From NCBI GenBank assembly GCA_965218425.1, contig OZ244621.1:3328001-3392000 (forward strand): 64,000 nt of DNA, read 5' to 3'. The DNA is from an uncultured Candidatus Binatia bacterium. GTDB taxonomy: Bacteria; Desulfobacterota; Binatia; UBA9968; CAXXLF01. Position 1 is the stretch's first letter. Each line of letters starts with the position of its first letter. Shown here piece by piece: positions 20,424-29,727 of this stretch. The notes under the pieces are model-generated. The model did no database searches, had not been told where the DNA came from, and saw nothing but the letters and a program-made list of their open reading frames with translations. The translations under genes and the position numbers were made by a program.

Positions 20424-21328
20424 CGATTGAGCCTCCTTGTATTTTGCACCAGGGCTTGAAGGCTCTGTATCTTTCCCTGGGCCTCTAGCTTTTCTGTGAT
20501 GCCGTCTCGCTGGGAAACCTCTATGTAAAATTTCAGGGCCGACTTGGCCACGTGATCGAATGTGTCCGGATCAAAGTTGAGCCCCTCTGGATCGTTTTGT
20601 GCCGTGTATTCTTTTGCGATTTTGACATAGTAATCGCCGAAATCCAGCAGATACCGGTAAAGGTTCTTACTTTGTCGGTGCTTGGTGATGAGTTGGCTGT
20701 ATCCCAATATTACCAGTTGATTTCCATCCTTGAGCCGGTGCCGGTTGATTTCTGCGAAGGCCACTTTGGCTCGATCGATCTTTTCCTCTTCTACCCTTGC
20801 GAGGTACTCGTATGGGGAGCCCTGATATTGCACGGCGAGCCGATTCCAGGCGGCGACTCTTTCATCCAACGCTTTGATGTATTCGAAGGGGTCGCGGTCC
20901 GGCAGCGGTTGATTCAGGATTTCCTGGAATGCCTCGATAACTTCTATGTTCTGCTCGGCCTGGTCACCGAGCCGCCCGTCTGAATCCGCCACCTTGCGAT
21001 AGTGATTGACCGCCTGTTTGTAGTCTCTCAGCCTCTCATAGGCCATGGCCTTGCTGAAATTGACGAGATCGGAATATTGATCCGGGTGGGACTCTTCATA
21101 GCCATCCAGGCGTATCAAAGTTGCCTTCATGATATTTGTTCCGGTGACGTCCTTTGCAATGGAATATCGATACAGATCCTCGCGGGCGAGCCTCTGGAAG
21201 TCCTTGATGGTTTCAAGAAGATCGCCCGCGGCTTCATACCGAGGTTCCGGGGGGATCTTCTTTGAGGAACACCCTGACTCAGCAATAAGCGACAGTGCGA
21301 GAATGAGTGAAACGTTCAAAAGCTTCAT
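20420..21328 (-). CDS. Putative TPR-containing lipoprotein
   Basis: Hydrophobic leader ending ESGC; KAMAYERLRDYKQAVNHYRKVA is TPR-like. Confidence 0.72.
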   Translation of the reverse strand: MKLLNVSLILALSLIAESGCSSKKIPPEPRYEAAGDLLETIKDFQRLAREDLYRYSIAKDVTGTNIMKATLIRLDGYEESHPDQYSDLVNFSKAMAYERLRDYKQAVNHYRKVADSDGRLGDQAEQNIEVIEAFQEILNQPLPDRDPFEYIKALDERVAAWNRLAVQYQGSPYEYLARVEEEKIDRAKVAFAEINRHRLKDGNQLVILGYSQLITKHRQSKNLYRYLLDFGDYYVKIAKEYTAQNDPEGLNFDPDTFDHVAKSALKFYIEVSQRDGITEKLEAQGKIQSLQALVQNTRRLNR

Positions 21329-21342
21329 AGGAATTTGGAGAT

Positions 21343-21693
21343 TTAAAGCGTCTCCGATCGGCCTTGCGTCCTGATTAAAGAGTAAAATAAGATCAGTTCT
21401 TCATCATGCTCCGCGGCAAAGTCATGGGGGGTTCCTTTTGGCAGGTGACAAAGGATTCCGGGCTCCAGGGGGATGATTTGGTCCACGAGCCGCAGCCTCC
21501 CGTGTCCACTCAAGACGTGACAAACAACATCCTTGTCTCGGTGATTAATCTGCTTTGGATCTTGAGCCCCGCCGGGCCTGAAGGCAATGAGCCCCACGCT
21601 GAATCCTTCCTCTTCAAGGAAGTTTTTGTGGCTGATTTCGTCGCTAATTTTTTCCAGTGCCGTTAAGGCATCTCCAATCTTGAGGACCTTCAT
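21343..21693 (-). CDS. Cupin domain protein
   Basis: HRDKDVVCHVLSGHG...LPKGTPHDF. Confidence 0.8.
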   Translation of the reverse strand: MKVLKIGDALTALEKISDEISHKNFLEEEGFSVGLIAFRPGGAQDPKQINHRDKDVVCHVLSGHGRLRLVDQIIPLEPGILCHLPKGTPHDFAAEHDEELILFYSLIRTQGRSETL

Positions 21694-21756
21694 TTTCTGC
21701 TCTTCTAATCTGCGTCCTATCTCTATCTCTCCTCCCTCAATCCACAATCCTCACCC

Positions 21757-21838
21757 ATTTTTGATTTTAGAATTTAGATTGTCGGAGTTAAAATCCAAGA
21801 ATCAGATTCAAATCAATCCAAAATCGCAGATCTAAAAT
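21757..21838. repeat. Inverted arrays of degenerate heptamer repeats (TTAGATT / AATCTAA type)
   Basis: Left arm att-tttgatt-ttagaat-ttagatt-g; right arm c-aatccaa-aatcgca-gatctaa-aat. Confidence 0.7.
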
Positions 21839-21869
21839 TCTTCTGTCTCTGTCCCTATCTTTGTCTTCT

Positions 21870-22826
21870 TTACTCTTTTACCGCCTCGAGAATTTCCCTG
21901 AGGGCATTTTCAGCATGCTCGTTGGAAACCCGGCAAGATCCCACCACCCTATGGCCACCGCCCCCATACTTTTGCATCAGGGCCCCCACGTTCACCTTGG
22001 ATGTGGTGTTGAAGATATTGTAACCCACCGAGATGGCAGTCCGACCGGCACGCTGGGTGTCGGCGGCGATTTTAACGGATATATTTCCTGTGGGAAAGAG
22101 GGTGTATAGGAGGAATCGGTTTCCCTCCGTGATATCCTTTATGCCGCGGAGGTCAACGAATATCACGTTCCCCTTGAGGGTCCCTCGTTCCAGAAGCAGG
22201 TTTCTTAGCTCCTCTTGAATTCCCAGAATTCGTTGACAGTGCTGTTTTACGTCCTTGTCATTGAGCGCATCATCAAGTGAGTGGTCACGCAGGAGGCTGA
22301 TGAGCCTTAGCCAATAGGGTTCATCCTCTGTTCTCTTCCCGTCAATGGTCATGGAAATCAAGACATACCCTTCAGGGTGAAGCACTTCCTGGGGGCTGAG
22401 CTGCCCCGCGTCGATCTTGTCCGTTTCCGCCAACAGGTAATCGAATCGGTCGGCGGCGATGAGCTTTAGGGACTTTGCGAAGTGTGGTGGCGTTGGAATT
22501 CTGAGATCAGGGCCCTTGCTCCAGTAATCTGAGCAATAGTACTCGAACACGACTCTAGCCGCGCTAGGGGCAATGCGGTAGCCGCCTCTTCCTGGAACGA
22601 TGGGTGTCTCGAATCCCTCTACTTCATTGCTGATGTGGTGGTCAAACCACAGGGTACCCTTGGGATGATAGGGCAGGTTTGCAATGATGTCTCCCTCTCG
22701 GATGTCCACCTGTCCATCCTGCATCCATTTTGGTTCAACAAAGAGATAGGACTCAATGTCTTCCATGGCGGTGATGATAGCCCCACAAACCAGGCCATCA
22801 AAATCTGGCCTTGTCACCAGCCTCAT
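21870..22826 (-). CDS. DHH family phosphoesterase (nanoRNase/exopolyphosphatase-related)
   Basis: TRPDFDGLVCG, FDHH, PSAARVV, GGGGH (DHHA1). Confidence 0.88.
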   Translation of the reverse strand: MRLVTRPDFDGLVCGAIITAMEDIESYLFVEPKWMQDGQVDIREGDIIANLPYHPKGTLWFDHHISNEVEGFETPIVPGRGGYRIAPSAARVVFEYYCSDYWSKGPDLRIPTPPHFAKSLKLIAADRFDYLLAETDKIDAGQLSPQEVLHPEGYVLISMTIDGKRTEDEPYWLRLISLLRDHSLDDALNDKDVKQHCQRILGIQEELRNLLLERGTLKGNVIFVDLRGIKDITEGNRFLLYTLFPTGNISVKIAADTQRAGRTAISVGYNIFNTTSKVNVGALMQKYGGGGHRVVGSCRVSNEHAENALREILEAVKE

Positions 22827-23941
22827 CCGGCCAAAACCTCCTCCACTGGCATTGATCGAAGGCCGAAAGCATTGGCTACGCCTTCATGGGTGATCTTGCC
22901 TTGGTAGGTATTCAATCCCTTGGCCAGGGCCGGGGTTTCCTTTATGGCATTGACCACACCCTTATCCGCGATCTCCAGGCCATAGGCAAGGGTGGCATTG
23001 GTCAGGGCGTAAGTGGAAGTGTAGGGCACGATGGCGGGCATGTTTGTCACGCAGTAATGGACTACCTCCTCCTCCAGATATATGGGTTGAGCGTGGGTGG
23101 TCGGGTGGGACGTCTCACCGCATCCACCTTGATCAATAGAAATATCGACAATGGCTGCACCTGGCTTCATCATTCGGACCAGTGATCGGGTAATGAGTTT
23201 CGGGGTTTTTGCTCCGGGGATCAAAACCCCGCCCACCACCAAGTCTGCGTCCACCACTTCCTCTTCCAGATTGGCACGGTTGGACATCAATGTCGTGATG
23301 CGACCCCCGAGGATATCGTTAATATATCGTAATTTTGAGGGATTCACATCCAAAATACTTACATATGCCCCCATGCCTGCGGCTACATGACAGGCATTGG
23401 ATCCAGCAATACCCGCACCCAAAATGACCACTTTGCCAGGCCGTACGCCAGAGGCCCCGCCCAATAGTAGGCCTCTTCCCCCGTTCTCAGCCTGAAGGCA
23501 CCAGGCTCCCACTTGCAGGGACAGGCGTCCTGCCACCTCGCTCATGGGTGTCAGGAGGGGGAGGGACCTGTCTTCCAGCTGAATCGTCTCATAGGCAATG
23601 GATGTAACCTTTTTCTTGGCTAGAGACCGGGTCAGGTTCTCGTTGGCTGCCAGGTGGAGGTAGGCATAAAGGATCAAACCCGGACGCAGAAACTCTAGCT
23701 CGTCCCGCTCCGCCTCCTTGACCTTCATAACGAGATCCGACCGTTCCCAGATTTCTCGGGCAGTGGCAAGTAGGGTTGCCCCGGCCGCTTCATATGAATG
23801 ATCCTGAATCCCACTTCCAAGGCCAGCTCCCTTTTCAACAATGACTTGGTGGCCGTGGGAGACAAAGGCAGAAACCCCGGTGGAGGTGATGGCGACTCGG
23901 TTTTCCTCTTCTTTGATTTCTTTGGGGACACCGATAATCAT
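22823..23941 (-). CDS. ald: Alanine dehydrogenase
   Basis: IGVPKEIKEEENRVA, MSEVAGR, DQGGCGETSHPTTH, YCVTNMP. Confidence 0.96.
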   Translation of the reverse strand: MIIGVPKEIKEEENRVAITSTGVSAFVSHGHQVIVEKGAGLGSGIQDHSYEAAGATLLATAREIWERSDLVMKVKEAERDELEFLRPGLILYAYLHLAANENLTRSLAKKKVTSIAYETIQLEDRSLPLLTPMSEVAGRLSLQVGAWCLQAENGGRGLLLGGASGVRPGKVVILGAGIAGSNACHVAAGMGAYVSILDVNPSKLRYINDILGGRITTLMSNRANLEEEVVDADLVVGGVLIPGAKTPKLITRSLVRMMKPGAAIVDISIDQGGCGETSHPTTHAQPIYLEEEVVHYCVTNMPAIVPYTSTYALTNATLAYGLEIADKGVVNAIKETPALAKGLNTYQGKITHEGVANAFGLRSMPVEEVLAG

Positions 23942-24074
23942 AAGAAGATCAATAAGTAGTTTAGTCTAAATCGGTAGTCAAGGAAAGCAATTTCGGAGTG
24001 CTAAAAGGGCAGGGGGCCACCTAAAAACACCTTGAGATGACAATGAGTTACGGTGCAATTTCTCCCAAATAGGT

Positions 24075-24449
24075 TTACCCACGCCATACCCCCCAGACGA
24101 GACTGAGCCATCCAATCAGGAAGGCTGCACCCCCAATGGGTGTTATGGCTCCGATCCAGCGTACACCAGTTATAGAGAGGAGATAGAGGCTGCCAGAAAA
24201 GATAACGGTTCCAGCAATAAATAACCAACCCGCCGCTGTGACTTCAGCCCGCGGCCATCGCGACAAAGCCCAGGTCACAGCCAGCAGAGCAAGGGCATGG
24301 TACATTTGGTAACGGACGCCCACTTCGAAGGCATTAAGCATTTCAGCGCTTAAACGACCCTTTAGCCCATGGGCGCCAAAAGCACCCAGGGCAACGGCCA
24401 TCAACCCCGAGACCGAGCCCGCAATGAAGAACACACGTTCCATACCCAA
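24075..24449 (-). CDS. DUF423 family membrane protein (YgdD/TMEM256-like)
   Basis: LGAFGAHGL, YQMYHA, FSGSLY, GAITPIGG. Confidence 0.9.
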   Translation of the reverse strand: MGMERVFFIAGSVSGLMAVALGAFGAHGLKGRLSAEMLNAFEVGVRYQMYHALALLAVTWALSRWPRAEVTAAGWLFIAGTVIFSGSLYLLSITGVRWIGAITPIGGAAFLIGWLSLVWGVWRG

Positions 24450-24475
24450 AATGTTGCTCCTCCTCGATGCGGCCT

Positions 24476-25204
24476 TTAGTCGGATTCGCGCGCTTTGTAC
24501 CGGTAAACACGGGCCCGACGGTTACTGCCGTTGAGCTCAGAAAAAAGAAGTCCCCGAAATATCATCAGGTAGGTAAGGAAAAGACCAATGATTGAGACGA
24601 TTGCGAATACTTGTATGGGAGTGGAAAGGACACCCGTCAATGGATATAAAGCTTCCGTCACAGCCCAACCCACGAAGGTGATAATAATATTTGGTGTGAA
24701 CCATTCCGGCCAGTTCTCAATAATGAAGTGATAGCTGGCTCCCAACAGTTCAACCCCCGATGCGCGGCTTTGGTAAATGAGTTCAGGGACGGCATTTAGG
24801 ATGATATACAGGGCGATTTGAACGAAGCGGTAAATAATGTCTCCCTTGGGTGTTTGGGCGAGCACCGATGAAACCAGCATCATCGGTATCCAGAGAATAA
24901 ATGAGATGCGCACGATCTCCCATAGGTAAACCGTAAAACCTTTGAAAAAATCGTTAACGTTGGCTTTTCTGGAGTTCAGAATGTTTTCCACAAGATAAAG
25001 CCCGGAACTCATGCAGGCGTTGCCGGCAAGGAGGAGCAGCATTCCTCCCACCAACCCCAAGGGAAGCAGAAAAGTACCGGCAACGGAAAGAAAAACGCCA
25101 TAGGCAAAGGGCGCAAAGACCACGGCCCAGTTCTCCCGAACCAGTTGGGCGGATCGTTTGAAGGCGATACGATAAATCCAAAGTGTTGCCTTGAGGGTTT
25201 CCAT
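24476..25204 (-). CDS. Hypothetical polytopic membrane protein
   Basis: 242 aa with about 6 hydrophobic segments; NAVPELIYQ...FIIENWPEW motif. Confidence 0.75.
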   Translation of the reverse strand: METLKATLWIYRIAFKRSAQLVRENWAVVFAPFAYGVFLSVAGTFLLPLGLVGGMLLLLAGNACMSSGLYLVENILNSRKANVNDFFKGFTVYLWEIVRISFILWIPMMLVSSVLAQTPKGDIIYRFVQIALYIILNAVPELIYQSRASGVELLGASYHFIIENWPEWFTPNIIITFVGWAVTEALYPLTGVLSTPIQVFAIVSIIGLFLTYLMIFRGLLFSELNGSNRRARVYRYKARESD

Positions 25205-25422
25205 GATAACGAATTATGGGCTACCAGATAATGAGTTCACAATTAATCGCTGATTATCAATCCTTTCCTTTTTAACATAAACCCTTCGAGGTTGGCCACT
25301 TGAAATCCGTGAGGGAGGACTCCCCAAGGCTGGCATAATGATTAATAATGTGGCTTTTGCCTGCCGGTGGCCTTTGTGGTTCTAGGGGGAACGGATGTTC
25401 AGGCGGTGGGTAACCCGCTGCT

Positions 25423-25523
25423 CTCCTCGGGGAACGAGTCTTCAGGCCGTGGGTAACAGGTCTGTGAATATCTGAAGCGAAACGTTCGATGCCCACGTCC
25501 CTCATCCTCATTCCCCTCGTCGC
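25423..25523 (-). repeat. Dispersed structured repeat, copy 2 (core only)
   Basis: Ungapped match to 10643-10743. Confidence 0.92.
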
Positions 25524-25696
25524 GCTGCGGGTTTAGGGCGCAGGGGGCCTGGTGCGAAGAAAGGGAGACGTCCGATACTGGAGGTTCATGCCAGCTTGGC
25601 GTGTCGAATTGGATGACGGTGCCTCGTGGCTGAGACCCATCGGCTCCCGCTGAGGGGCAGGCCCCCGAGCCCAACATGAGCTTTCTGGTTAAGGTT

Positions 25697-25769
25697 CTCC
25701 TCGGGGAACGCGTCCTCAGGCCGTGGGCAACAGGCCTGTGAATAATTGAAACTAAACGTTCGATGCCGA
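25697..25769 (-). repeat. Dispersed structured repeat, copy 3, left part (interrupted by IS3)
   Basis: ctcctcggggaacgcgtcctcaggccgtgggcaacaggcctgtgaata...aacgttcgatgccga abuts the IS end. Confidence 0.9.
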
Positions 25770-25798
25770 TGACCTGCCCCCAGGAGTGGTACCACCCT

Positions 25799-26704
25799 TT
25801 AAGTTAGAGCCGGAATTATCTGGAGTCCAGCCCATGGGGATGAATTCCCAGCCTGCGCTCTGGGCAGAAAGGCCTCCGGTGCCGGAGAACGATAGCCCAG
25901 GGCGCTGTGAGGCCGCCGCTGGTTATACTCTCTTCTCCATCTTTCGATCAGCACCTGAGCTTCCCTCAGGGTTTCAAACACCTCCCGGTTGAGCAGCTCA
26001 TCCCTGAGTTTTCCGTTAAAACTCTCCACGTAGCCATTCTCCCAAGGACTGCCAGGCTCGATGTAGAGTGTCCTGACACCAATGGCCTTGAGCCAGTCCC
26101 GGATAGCCTGAGCCGTAAACTCGGGGCCATTGTCGGACCGAAGGGACTGCGGCACGCCCCGTTCCACGAATAGCTCCGCTAACCGTTCCAGCACATCCCG
26201 GTGATTCATCCGTCTGGCCACATCAATCGCCAAGCACTCCCGGGTGTATTCATCCAGGATGCTCAACAGCCGAAAGGCCCGACCGTCTTCGGTTCGCTCG
26301 TGCACGAAGTCATAACTCCACACATGGTTTCGATGCGCCGGTCTCAGGCGAATGCAGGAGCCATCAGTCAACCGGAGCCTCCCTCGCTTAGGCTGACGGC
26401 TGAGGACTTTCAGCCCTTCCTGCCTCCAGAGCCTCTCCACTCGCTTGTGGTTGACCTTCCACCCCTCCCCACGCAGCATGGCCGTAATCCTCCGGTAGCC
26501 GTATCGCCCGTATTCGCTGGCCAGCTCCATCATCCGAGCCACTAGTCTTGCTTCCTCTTCCGGGATCTCTCGGACTCTTCGTTGCGTCGATCGCGGCTGT
26601 CCCAACACTTGGCAAGCCCGGCGTTCGGAGACTCGATCAGGTCCCAATCTTTCTCTGGCCCATATCACCGCTCGTCTCCTCTTCGCCGGGCCTAGAAGTT
26701 TCCC
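25799..26704 (-). CDS. IS3 transposase OrfB (DDE domain), reached by -1 frameshift
   Basis: [33 protein letters not shown]. Confidence 0.93.
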   Translation of the reverse strand, partial: GKLLGPAKRRRAVIWARERLGPDRVSERRACQVLGQPRSTQRRVREIPEEEARLVARMMELASEYGRYGYRRITAMLRGEGWKVNHKRVERLWRQEGLKVLSRQPKRGRLRLTDGSCIRLRPAHRNHVWSYDFVHERTEDGRAFRLLSILDEYTRECLAIDVARRMNHRDVLERLAELFVERGVPQSLRSDNGPEFTAQAIRDWLKAIGVRTLYIEPGSPWENGYVESFNGKLRDELLNREVFETLREAQVLIERWRREYNQRRPHSALGYRSPAPEAFLPRAQAGNSSPWAGLQIIPALT

Positions 26705-26970
26705 GAGGACACTTCCTTCAGGATCTGGTTGTCCAGCGATAGATCCGCCACCAGCTTCTTCAACCGCGCATTCTCCTTGTCCAAGGCCTTGAGCCTCTTG
26801 GCCTGATCCATCTTCAGGCCTCCATATTCCTTCCTCCACCGGTAGTAGGTCTGCACGGTTACCCCCACCTGCTTGCACACCTGGCCCACCGCCTTCCCTT
26901 GGGCCAAGCTCACCTCCGCCTCACGCAGCTTGAGGATAATCTGCTCGGCCGTAAATCGCTTTCTTGCCAT
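26692..26970 (-). CDS. IS3 transposase OrfA (HTH)
   Basis: [15 protein letters not shown]...[11 protein letters not shown]...[15 protein letters not shown]. Confidence 0.93.
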   Translation of the reverse strand: MARKRFTAEQIILKLREAEVSLAQGKAVGQVCKQVGVTVQTYYRWRKEYGGLKMDQAKRLKALDKENARLKKLVADLSLDNQILKEVSSGNF

Positions 26971-27041
26971 CCTTGCCTCCTTCCTAAAATCAAAATCCCT
27001 AACATTTCACCTGGACTCGTTTTAGGGGGCAAGGTCACCGA

Positions 27042-27069
27042 CGCCCTTCATCCCCGCTCCCCTCGGAGC
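27042..27069 (-). repeat. Dispersed structured repeat, copy 3, right part
   Basis: cgcccttcatccccgctcccctcggagc continues the consensus cgcccttcatcctcattcccctcgtcgc. Confidence 0.85.
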
Positions 27070-27218
27070 CATTCTTGTGACGCCGTGATAATCGAAGGCT
27101 TTGGTTCGTGTTCGGGTGGATCTGGACATTTCACCCCGTTTGGGCTATTATTGAGGGTTATCCTGCCATGGTTAATGCCGTTGACGTGCTCCTAGCTCCA
27201 TGTTAAGGCGAATTGTCT

Positions 27219-27247
27219 TTGCAAAAAAGTTTTTTCCTGTATAAATT
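27219..27247 (+). promoter_or_regulatory. Putative sigma70 promoter of the folD-gcv operon
   Basis: TTGCAA-17 bp-TAAATT just upstream of folD. Confidence 0.55.
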
Positions 27248-27261
27248 TTTCGTTTTACGCA

Positions 27262-28131
27262 TTGGGATTAATTGGAATGATTATTGACGGGAAGGTCATC
27301 TCTCGGGAGGTCCGTAACGAAGTTAAGGAGGAAGTCGAAAGACTCCATGGGGCTACGGGACTGGTGCCGGGGCTGGGTGTGGTGTTGGTGGGAAATGACC
27401 CCGGCTCGCAGATTTATGTCAGGAACAAGGAAAAGGCCTGTCAAGAAGCGGGCATCCGTTCGAAAGAACATTTGTTGCCTGATTCAGTCTCAGAGAGAGA
27501 GTTACTGTCCTTAGTTGACCGTTTGAATCAGGATAACGAAGTCCACGGGATTCTAGTCCAACTTCCGCTGCCGTCACACATCAATGCCGAGACCGTTCTT
27601 CGAGCCATTTCGCCTGCAAAGGATGTGGACGGATTCCATCCCGTCAACCAGGGCCTACTGCTTTTGGGCGCGGAGAGTTTTCAGCCCTGTACCCCCTTGG
27701 GTATCATCCGGCTTTTGGATTACATCGGGTACGACCCTAAGGGGAAGAGGGCGGTGATCGTGGGTCGGAGCAATATAGTGGGCAAGCCCGTCGCCCTGAT
27801 GCTCTTGGCACGGCACGCAACGGTGACCCTTTGCCATTCTCGTACGGCTGACCTGCAGGGTGAAGTGAATCACGCGGACATTTTGGTGGCTGCCATTGGG
27901 AAGGCCCATATGATTCGAGGCGAGTGGATCAAGCCTGGAGCCGTAGTCATCGATGTGGGAATCAACCGGCTCCCTAACGGCAAACTGGCAGGGGACGTGG
28001 AGTTCGAAGCGGCCAAGGAACGTGCCTCCTGGATCACTCCTGTGCCGGGAGGGGTCGGGCCCATGACCATATGTATGCTCCTCTTCAACACCTTAAAGGC
28101 GGCAAAGGTATCTCGGAAACAGGAAGGTTGA
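27262..28131 (+). CDS. folD: Methylene-THF dehydrogenase/cyclohydrolase
   Basis: [46 protein letters not shown]. Confidence 0.97.
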   Translation: MGLIGMIIDGKVISREVRNEVKEEVERLHGATGLVPGLGVVLVGNDPGSQIYVRNKEKACQEAGIRSKEHLLPDSVSERELLSLVDRLNQDNEVHGILVQLPLPSHINAETVLRAISPAKDVDGFHPVNQGLLLLGAESFQPCTPLGIIRLLDYIGYDPKGKRAVIVGRSNIVGKPVALMLLARHATVTLCHSRTADLQGEVNHADILVAAIGKAHMIRGEWIKPGAVVIDVGINRLPNGKLAGDVEFEAAKERASWITPVPGGVGPMTICMLLFNTLKAAKVSRKQEG

Positions 28132-28141
28132 TTCAACTTCG

Positions 28142-29254
28142 GTGAAAGCTGCGGCCACAGAACCCACCCGTACCCTTTTGCGAACACCTCTCTATGCGGT
28201 TCATCGGGATCTGGGGGCAAAGCTGGTGGAATTTGCCGGGTGGAAGATGCCCGTTCAGTACGATGGGGTGATTCAAGAACACTTGGCGGTGCGTGCCCAG
28301 GCGGGCCTCTTTGACGTAAGCCATATGGGAGAAATCGAAATCAAGGGACCCGATTCCCTGGCGTTATGTCAGAAACTCACAGCCAACGACGTATCCCGTA
28401 TGAAAGTGTCGGATGCCCAGTACAACCTGTTGCTTTACGACAGCGGCGGCATCGTTGACGACCTCATGGTCTATCGCCTGGCGGAGGACTACTTTTTATT
28501 ATGCGTCAATGCTTCGAATACAACTAAAGATGTAAATTGGATCCTGGACCATTCGGAAGGGGATGTTGAGGTAAGAGACGTGAGCGATTCCTATGTGCTC
28601 CTGGCCCTCCAGGGACCGGTGGCCCACGAGATCTTGCAACGTGTTACCTCTGTTCGGTTGGATGAATTGAAGCCATTCCATTATGCCTGCGGTGACGTGT
28701 CCACGGTTGGCTGTTTGATCTCGCGCACGGGATATACCGGCGAGGACGGATTCGAGCTCTATTGTGAGCCCCCTGGGGGGGAGCATCTCTGGAATCTTCT
28801 CATGGAGGCCGGTAAGGATTTTGGACTGAAACCCGTGGGGCTAGGGGCACGGGATACACTTCGACTGGAAAGAGCCTTGCCCCTATATGGGCACGAGTTG
28901 GACGAGCAAACCACTCCGCTGGAGGCGAGATTGGAATGGGTGGTCAAGTTTTCAAAGGGGGAATTTTTGGGTCGAGATCCCTTACTCCAGCAAAAGAAGA
29001 GTAGAGTGAAGCGAAAGCTGGTGGGATTGGAATTGATCGGGTCGGGTATTCCCAGGAGCGGGTATGGCATTTTCAAGAATGGACGTCCCCTGGGAGCGGT
29101 TACCAGTGGAACCATGTCTCCGAGCCTTCGCAAACCCATTGCCATGGGGTACGTTTCCAGTGAGGAAGCCGGGTTGGACAATTTGCTGGAGATAGACGTC
29201 CGAGGTCGCACAGTTGAGGCCAAAGTTGTAGCGTTGCCCTTTTACCGTCGGTGA
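28142..29254 (+). CDS. gcvT: Glycine cleavage aminomethyltransferase
   Basis: FAGWKMPVQY, LFDVSHMGE, SRTGYTGEDGFE, GLGARDTLRLE. Confidence 0.97.
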   Translation: MKAAATEPTRTLLRTPLYAVHRDLGAKLVEFAGWKMPVQYDGVIQEHLAVRAQAGLFDVSHMGEIEIKGPDSLALCQKLTANDVSRMKVSDAQYNLLLYDSGGIVDDLMVYRLAEDYFLLCVNASNTTKDVNWILDHSEGDVEVRDVSDSYVLLALQGPVAHEILQRVTSVRLDELKPFHYACGDVSTVGCLISRTGYTGEDGFELYCEPPGGEHLWNLLMEAGKDFGLKPVGLGARDTLRLERALPLYGHELDEQTTPLEARLEWVVKFSKGEFLGRDPLLQQKKSRVKRKLVGLELIGSGIPRSGYGIFKNGRPLGAVTSGTMSPSLRKPIAMGYVSSEEAGLDNLLEIDVRGRTVEAKVVALPFYRR

Positions 29255-29298
29255 CACCGGTCATGATCAGAGCTTGCTAGAAGTGAAAGGAGGAGAGG

Positions 29299-29718
29299 AT
29301 GAGCTACCCTGATAACTTGAAATATTCTAAAGAGCATGAATGGGTTATGGTCGAGGACAATGTTGCATTGGTAGGAATCACCGATTACGCACAAAGCGAA
29401 CTGGGAGACGTGGTCTATGTGGAGCTTCCCGACGTGGGAGAGAAGATCACCAAGGACGATCCCTTTGGTTCTGTGGAATCGGTGAAGGCTGTCTCCGATC
29501 TCTTTGCTCCGGTGAGCGGCACGGTCATTGAAGTGAATGATTCCCTGCCGGACAGCCCTGAGCTGGTCAATGAGGATTCCTATGGAGACGGCTGGATGAT
29601 TAAAGTGCAAATGTCGGATAAAGACGAACTCAAGGATCTTCTAGCTCCGGATGAGTATGGAGAATATGTGGAGCGAGAGAAGGAAGAAGACGACGATGAT
29701 GAGGAAGAGGGAGGCTGA
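29299..29718 (+). CDS. gcvH: Glycine cleavage H protein
   Basis: HEWV, GITDYAQSELGDVVYV, lipoyl motif ESVKA. Confidence 0.97.
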   Translation: MSYPDNLKYSKEHEWVMVEDNVALVGITDYAQSELGDVVYVELPDVGEKITKDDPFGSVESVKAVSDLFAPVSGTVIEVNDSLPDSPELVNEDSYGDGWMIKVQMSDKDELKDLLAPDEYGEYVEREKEEDDDDEEEGG

Positions 29719-29727
29719 TTCCATCCC

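Larger units (their letters stand above)
25770..27037 (-). mobile_element. IS3 family insertion sequence (IS407-group-like), apparently intact
   Basis: Terminal inverted repeats TGACCTGCCCCC / TGACCTTGCCCCC, 4-bp direct repeat CCGA (25766-25769 and 27038-27041), orfA plus orfB, GGGAAAC slippery site at 26698-26704. Confidence 0.95.

Noticed and set aside
25536..25672. 6S RNA or SRP RNA
   Set aside because: It is short for 6S and lacks recognisable 6S motifs; there is no SRP GGAA tetraloop/AGCAG domain. Kept only as an unassigned structure.
25423..25769. Two nearby direct repeats as a CRISPR array
   Set aside because: The units are about 100 bp, there are only two of them, the spacer is about 170 bp, and no cas genes are present.
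27070..27261. Glycine or ZTP riboswitch upstream of folD-gcv
   Set aside because: No matching motifs, and the putative promoter lies only about 15 bp from the start codon.
29675..29718. Acidic C-terminal tail of GcvH
   Set aside because: A short low-complexity extension with no evidence of special function.
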